From an uncultured Gemmatimonadales bacterium (GTDB taxonomy: Bacteria > Gemmatimonadota > Gemmatimonadetes > Gemmatimonadales > GWC2-71-9), in contig CAVOGR010000001.1 in the NCBI GenBank assembly GCA_963695555.1, forward strand, positions 704,001-768,000: 64,000 nt of DNA, written 5' to 3'. A program made the translations under genes and the position numbers. Position 1 is the stretch's first letter, and each line of letters opens with the position of its first letter. Below, piece by piece: positions 60,738-64,000 of the stretch. Under the pieces are notes generated by a model. It saw only the letters and a list, made by a program, of their open reading frames with translations, searched no databases and was not told the DNA's origin.

Positions 60738-61673
60738 GTGACAGAAGCTAACCACGACCCGCGACTGACCGAGCGCCGGAATCCTCGCACGCCTGGGATC
60801 GATACCGCGTCCCCGCTCGAGATCGTCGACCTGATTGCCGCCGAAGACGCCACCGTGCCAGGCATCGTCGCGGCGGCGCGCCAGGAACTGGCGCGGGCTA
60901 TCGAGTCGATCGAGACGTCATTTCGCAACGGCGGCCGGCTCGTCTACCTGGGCGCGGGCACCAGCGGGAGGCTCGGCGTGCTCGATGCCGCGGAGTGTCC
61001 GCCGACGTTCGGGACCGACCCTGCCATGGTGCTGGGAGTGATTGCCGGCGGCCCACCGGCCCTGGTGCGGTCGGCCGAAGGGGCTGAGGACGATACCGCG
61101 GCCGGCCGCTCTGCGATGGACGAACGCCAGGTGTCGGCCCGGGACACGGTGGTTGGGATCGCGGCCAGCGGCACGACGCCCTATGTCGGCGCGGGGCTCG
61201 CGCGCGCCAAGGAACTTGGCGCGACGACCATCCTCGTCACGTCGAGCGACGCACCTGACGCGGTTGCGCAGACCTGCGATCTCATCATCCCGATTCCCGT
61301 CGGCCCGGAAGTGGTAACGGGCTCTACCCGGATGAAGGCGGGCACGGCGACCAAACTGGTGCTCAACACGCTGAGCACCGGTTCCATGATTCGCCTGGGC
61401 AAGGTCTATGGCAACCTGATGGTCGACCTCCAGGCCTGGAGCGGCAAGCTGATCGATCGCGGCGAGCGCATCGTCATGGAGACGACCGGGGTGGATCGGG
61501 CCGCCGCGCGGCAGGCGATCGAGGCCGCCGGTGGGAGCGTCAAGACGGCGATTGTCATGGTGCGGCTCAAGGTGGCCCGGGACGAGGCCGAGAGCCTGCT
61601 GGCCACACACGATGGGCGGCTCCGATTGCTATTGGGCGATCCGCCTCCCGTCCGACCGGCGGCCTCGCCGTGA
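60738..61673 (+). CDS. murQ: N-acetylmuramic acid 6-phosphate etherase
   Basis: TERRN, GAGTSGRLGVLDAAECPPTFG, GPEVVTGSTRMKAGTATK, GNLMVD. Confidence 0.96.
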   Translation: MTEANHDPRLTERRNPRTPGIDTASPLEIVDLIAAEDATVPGIVAAARQELARAIESIETSFRNGGRLVYLGAGTSGRLGVLDAAECPPTFGTDPAMVLGVIAGGPPALVRSAEGAEDDTAAGRSAMDERQVSARDTVVGIAASGTTPYVGAGLARAKELGATTILVTSSDAPDAVAQTCDLIIPIPVGPEVVTGSTRMKAGTATKLVLNTLSTGSMIRLGKVYGNLMVDLQAWSGKLIDRGERIVMETTGVDRAAARQAIEAAGGSVKTAIVMVRLKVARDEAESLLATHDGRLRLLLGDPPPVRPAASP

Positions 61674-62788
61674 CGACCCTCCCGACGTTCGCCGTGGGAC
61701 TCATGTCGGGCACCTCGTTGGACGGTGTCGATGCCGCCCTGGTCCGGATCGCCGATACGACCGATGTATCACTCGTGAACTTCAGAAGCCACCCATACGA
61801 TGATGCCGCCCGGGCTTCGCTCGAACGCGCCTTTTGCCAAGCCACGGCGCGCGAGTTGGCACACCTGCACGTGCAGACGGCGGAATGGGCGGCCGACGCG
61901 GTTGAGGCGGTCCTCGCCGACAGCGGACTGACCGGGGGGGAACTCGGCTTCATCGCGTTTCACGGCCAAACCATTTGGCACGAGCCGCCGGTGGTCAGCT
62001 GGCAGCTCGGCGAGCCCGCGGTGCTGGCGGAGCGATTCGGCACGACTGTGGTGCACAACTTCCGCGCGCGCGATGTTGCCGCCGGCGGCGAGGGTGCGCC
62101 CTTGGTGCCTGTCGCGGACGTGCTCTTGTTCGGTAGCGACACCCAGTCGCGCGTACTGCTGAATATCGGAGGCATGGCCAATCTGACGTTCGTTCCACGC
62201 CGGGGAATGACGGAGGGCGCGTTCGCATTCGACACCGGCCCCGGAATGGCCGTGATCGATGCCGCCTCGCGGCTGGTGGACCCGAGCCTGCCCTACGACC
62301 GGGACGCCGTTCTGGCCACACAAGGGACCGTCGACACCGCGGTGCTCGACGAGCTGCTGCTCGATCCTTACTTCGAGCGCCGACCGCCCAAGAGTACCGG
62401 GCGCGAGCGCTTCGGTGCGGAATACGCCGCGGCGCTCACCGAGCGCGTGCCCGGTCCGGACGCGGTGCGTACCGCGGTCGGACTCACCGCGCAGTCGATT
62501 GCGCGCGCCGTTGCGAAATGGGTGCCGGATGCGGGTGAAGTGGTCGTGTCGGGAGGCGGATCGCGCCACCCCGTCCTCATGCAGCAGTTGGCTGAGCACC
62601 TGCGGCACGCGACCGGTCGTCCGCTTACCATGCTGCGCTTCGACGACCTCTTCTTCACCGGCGATGCCAAGGAAGCCGTGGCGTTCGCCTTGCTTGGGTA
62701 TCTCACGCTTGCGGGTGCGGCGGGAAACTTGCCGGCCGCGACTGGGGCTACGGGCCGCCGCGTGCTGGGCGCGATCACGCCACGATGA
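61670..62788 (+). CDS. anmK: Anhydro-N-acetylmuramic acid kinase
   Basis: GLMSGTSLDGVD, HGQT, GGEGAPL, NIGGMAN, FDTGPG, PPKSTGRE, KEAVAFA. Confidence 0.96.
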   Translation: MTTLPTFAVGLMSGTSLDGVDAALVRIADTTDVSLVNFRSHPYDDAARASLERAFCQATARELAHLHVQTAEWAADAVEAVLADSGLTGGELGFIAFHGQTIWHEPPVVSWQLGEPAVLAERFGTTVVHNFRARDVAAGGEGAPLVPVADVLLFGSDTQSRVLLNIGGMANLTFVPRRGMTEGAFAFDTGPGMAVIDAASRLVDPSLPYDRDAVLATQGTVDTAVLDELLLDPYFERRPPKSTGRERFGAEYAAALTERVPGPDAVRTAVGLTAQSIARAVAKWVPDAGEVVVSGGGSRHPVLMQQLAEHLRHATGRPLTMLRFDDLFFTGDAKEAVAFALLGYLTLAGAAGNLPAATGATGRRVLGAITPR

Positions 62789-64000
62789 TTCCCGGGCGCC
62801 TCATCGTTCCCGCGCTCCGCTGGAGCTCCGCTACCGGCTTTGCCCATGAGCGCTCGACCATTGCTGAGGCGATTTCGCTCGGCGTGGGTGGGTTCATGAT
62901 CTTCGGCGGCACCGTGCCGGCAGTGCGTGCCTTGGTTCAGGAGCTGCGCGAGCGCGCCGGGCGCCGGCTCCTGATCGGCGCCGATCTCGAACGCGGCGCC
63001 GGGCAGCAGGTGGAAGGTCTCACGGAGCTCCCGCCGCCCGCGGCACTCGCGTCGCTCGGCAAGCGTGAGGTGTGCCGGTGGGCCGGCGCGCTCACCGCGG
63101 CGGAAGCCCGCTCCGTGGGCATCAATTGGGTGTTCGCACCCGTCGGCGATCTCGACCTGGCCGCGGAAAACCCGATCGTGCAGACCCGCTCGTTCGGGCA
63201 AGACCCCGAGCGCGTGGCGACATGTGTCCGGGAGTGGGTCGACGGGTGCCAAGGGGTCGGTGCGTTGGCCTGTGTCAAACACTACCCAGGGCACGGCCGC
63301 ACCCTGTCCGATTCGCACGACACGCTGCCGGTGGTGCCGGTCGATTGGGAGCACATGCGCACCGCGGACCTGGTGCCCTTCCGCGCTGCGGTGGAAGCCA
63401 ATGTTGCCTCGGTCATGACCGCCCACGTGAGCTACCCCGCCATCGACCCCAGCGGGCGCGCCGCAACCTTCTCCAAGTTGATTCTCGACGATCTCCGGCA
63501 CGAGTTGAGCTTCGATGGGCTCATCGTAACCGATGCCCTCATCATGGAGGGTGCCTGCCGTGCCAAAGGCGAGGCCGACGCGGCCGTCCAGGCCGTCCGC
63601 GCCGGGTGCGATCTCGTGTTGCACCCGCGTGACCTGTCCGCGGTGTCCAACGCCATTCATCAGGCACAGTCGCGGGGCGAAATTCCTGAACGCCGGTTGC
63701 ACGATGCCTACCTCCGCTACGAGCAGGCGCTCGAGCGCTCGGCGCGATCGGTCACCTCGCGGCCTGCGGGCCCGTTCAGTGACGTGCAGGAAATGGCGGC
63801 CGCACTGCTCGAGCGGCCGATGCTGCGCGGCGCCCCGCCGGCGCTCACCGAGCCGCTCGAACTCGTCGTGGTAGACGATGATGCCGACGGGCCGGTAGAA
63901 GTTTCGCCCTGCGATGTGGTCGAGAAGTTCCTTCAGGCCGAAGGCGTGGGGATCGGGCCGGGAGGCGATCGCGTCGTGCTCGCCTTCGCGGAGCCGCGGG
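62785..64000 (+). CDS. nagZ: GH3 beta-N-acetylglucosaminidase (runs off window)
   Basis: Manual translation from ATG 62785: LIGADLERGAG, FAPVGDL, NPIVQTRSFG, KHYPGHG...DSH, VMTAHV, IVTDAL. Confidence 0.88.
   Translation, partial: MIPGRLIVPALRWSSATGFAHERSTIAEAISLGVGGFMIFGGTVPAVRALVQELRERAGRRLLIGADLERGAGQQVEGLTELPPPAALASLGKREVCRWAGALTAAEARSVGINWVFAPVGDLDLAAENPIVQTRSFGQDPERVATCVREWVDGCQGVGALACVKHYPGHGRTLSDSHDTLPVVPVDWEHMRTADLVPFRAAVEANVASVMTAHVSYPAIDPSGRAATFSKLILDDLRHELSFDGLIVTDALIMEGACRAKGEADAAVQAVRAGCDLVLHPRDLSAVSNAIHQAQSRGEIPERRLHDAYLRYEQALERSARSVTSRPAGPFSDVQEMAAALLERPMLRGAPPALTEPLELVVVDDDADGPVEVSPCDVVEKFLQAEGVGIGPGGDRVVLAFAEPR

Noticed and set aside
62368..63702. 444-aa minus-strand ORF and similar long overlapping ORFs elsewhere
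   Set aside because: GC-rich shadow frames opposite well-supported genes.
60738..64000. murQ-anmK-nagZ as a novel system
   Set aside because: Standard peptidoglycan recycling cluster.

Overview
GC-rich bacterial chromosomal window. Gene content suggests Gemmatimonadota (inference). Housekeeping genes: glyQS, ftcD, priA, ccdA, ggt and murQ-anmK-nagZ. Many genes, including glyQS and priA, carry single-base frameshifts that look like long-read errors. A ~6 kb insert sits between the dipeptide epimerase and priA (IS3 element, large DNRLRE/S8 lipoprotein protease, PrcB-like lipoprotein and a truncated paralog), bracketed by a duplicated priA start. After priA is a ~35 kb stretch of mostly co-oriented envelope/secreted genes. 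It includes a duplicated octaheme HAO-family cytochrome and an ECF sigma/CBM48 anti-sigma module with twin divergent promoters. Non-coding highlights: (i) 7- and 8-mer repeat arrays at gene junctions that supply stop codons, form inverted pairs around a TANNNT hexamer and bracket apparently inserted genes; (ii) a recurrent CTAGGGTTTTCCCTAG motif ahead of accessory genes; (iii) a sigma54/IHF/enhancer promoter for a pilin-like gene. No rRNA, tRNA or CRISPR array was recognised.
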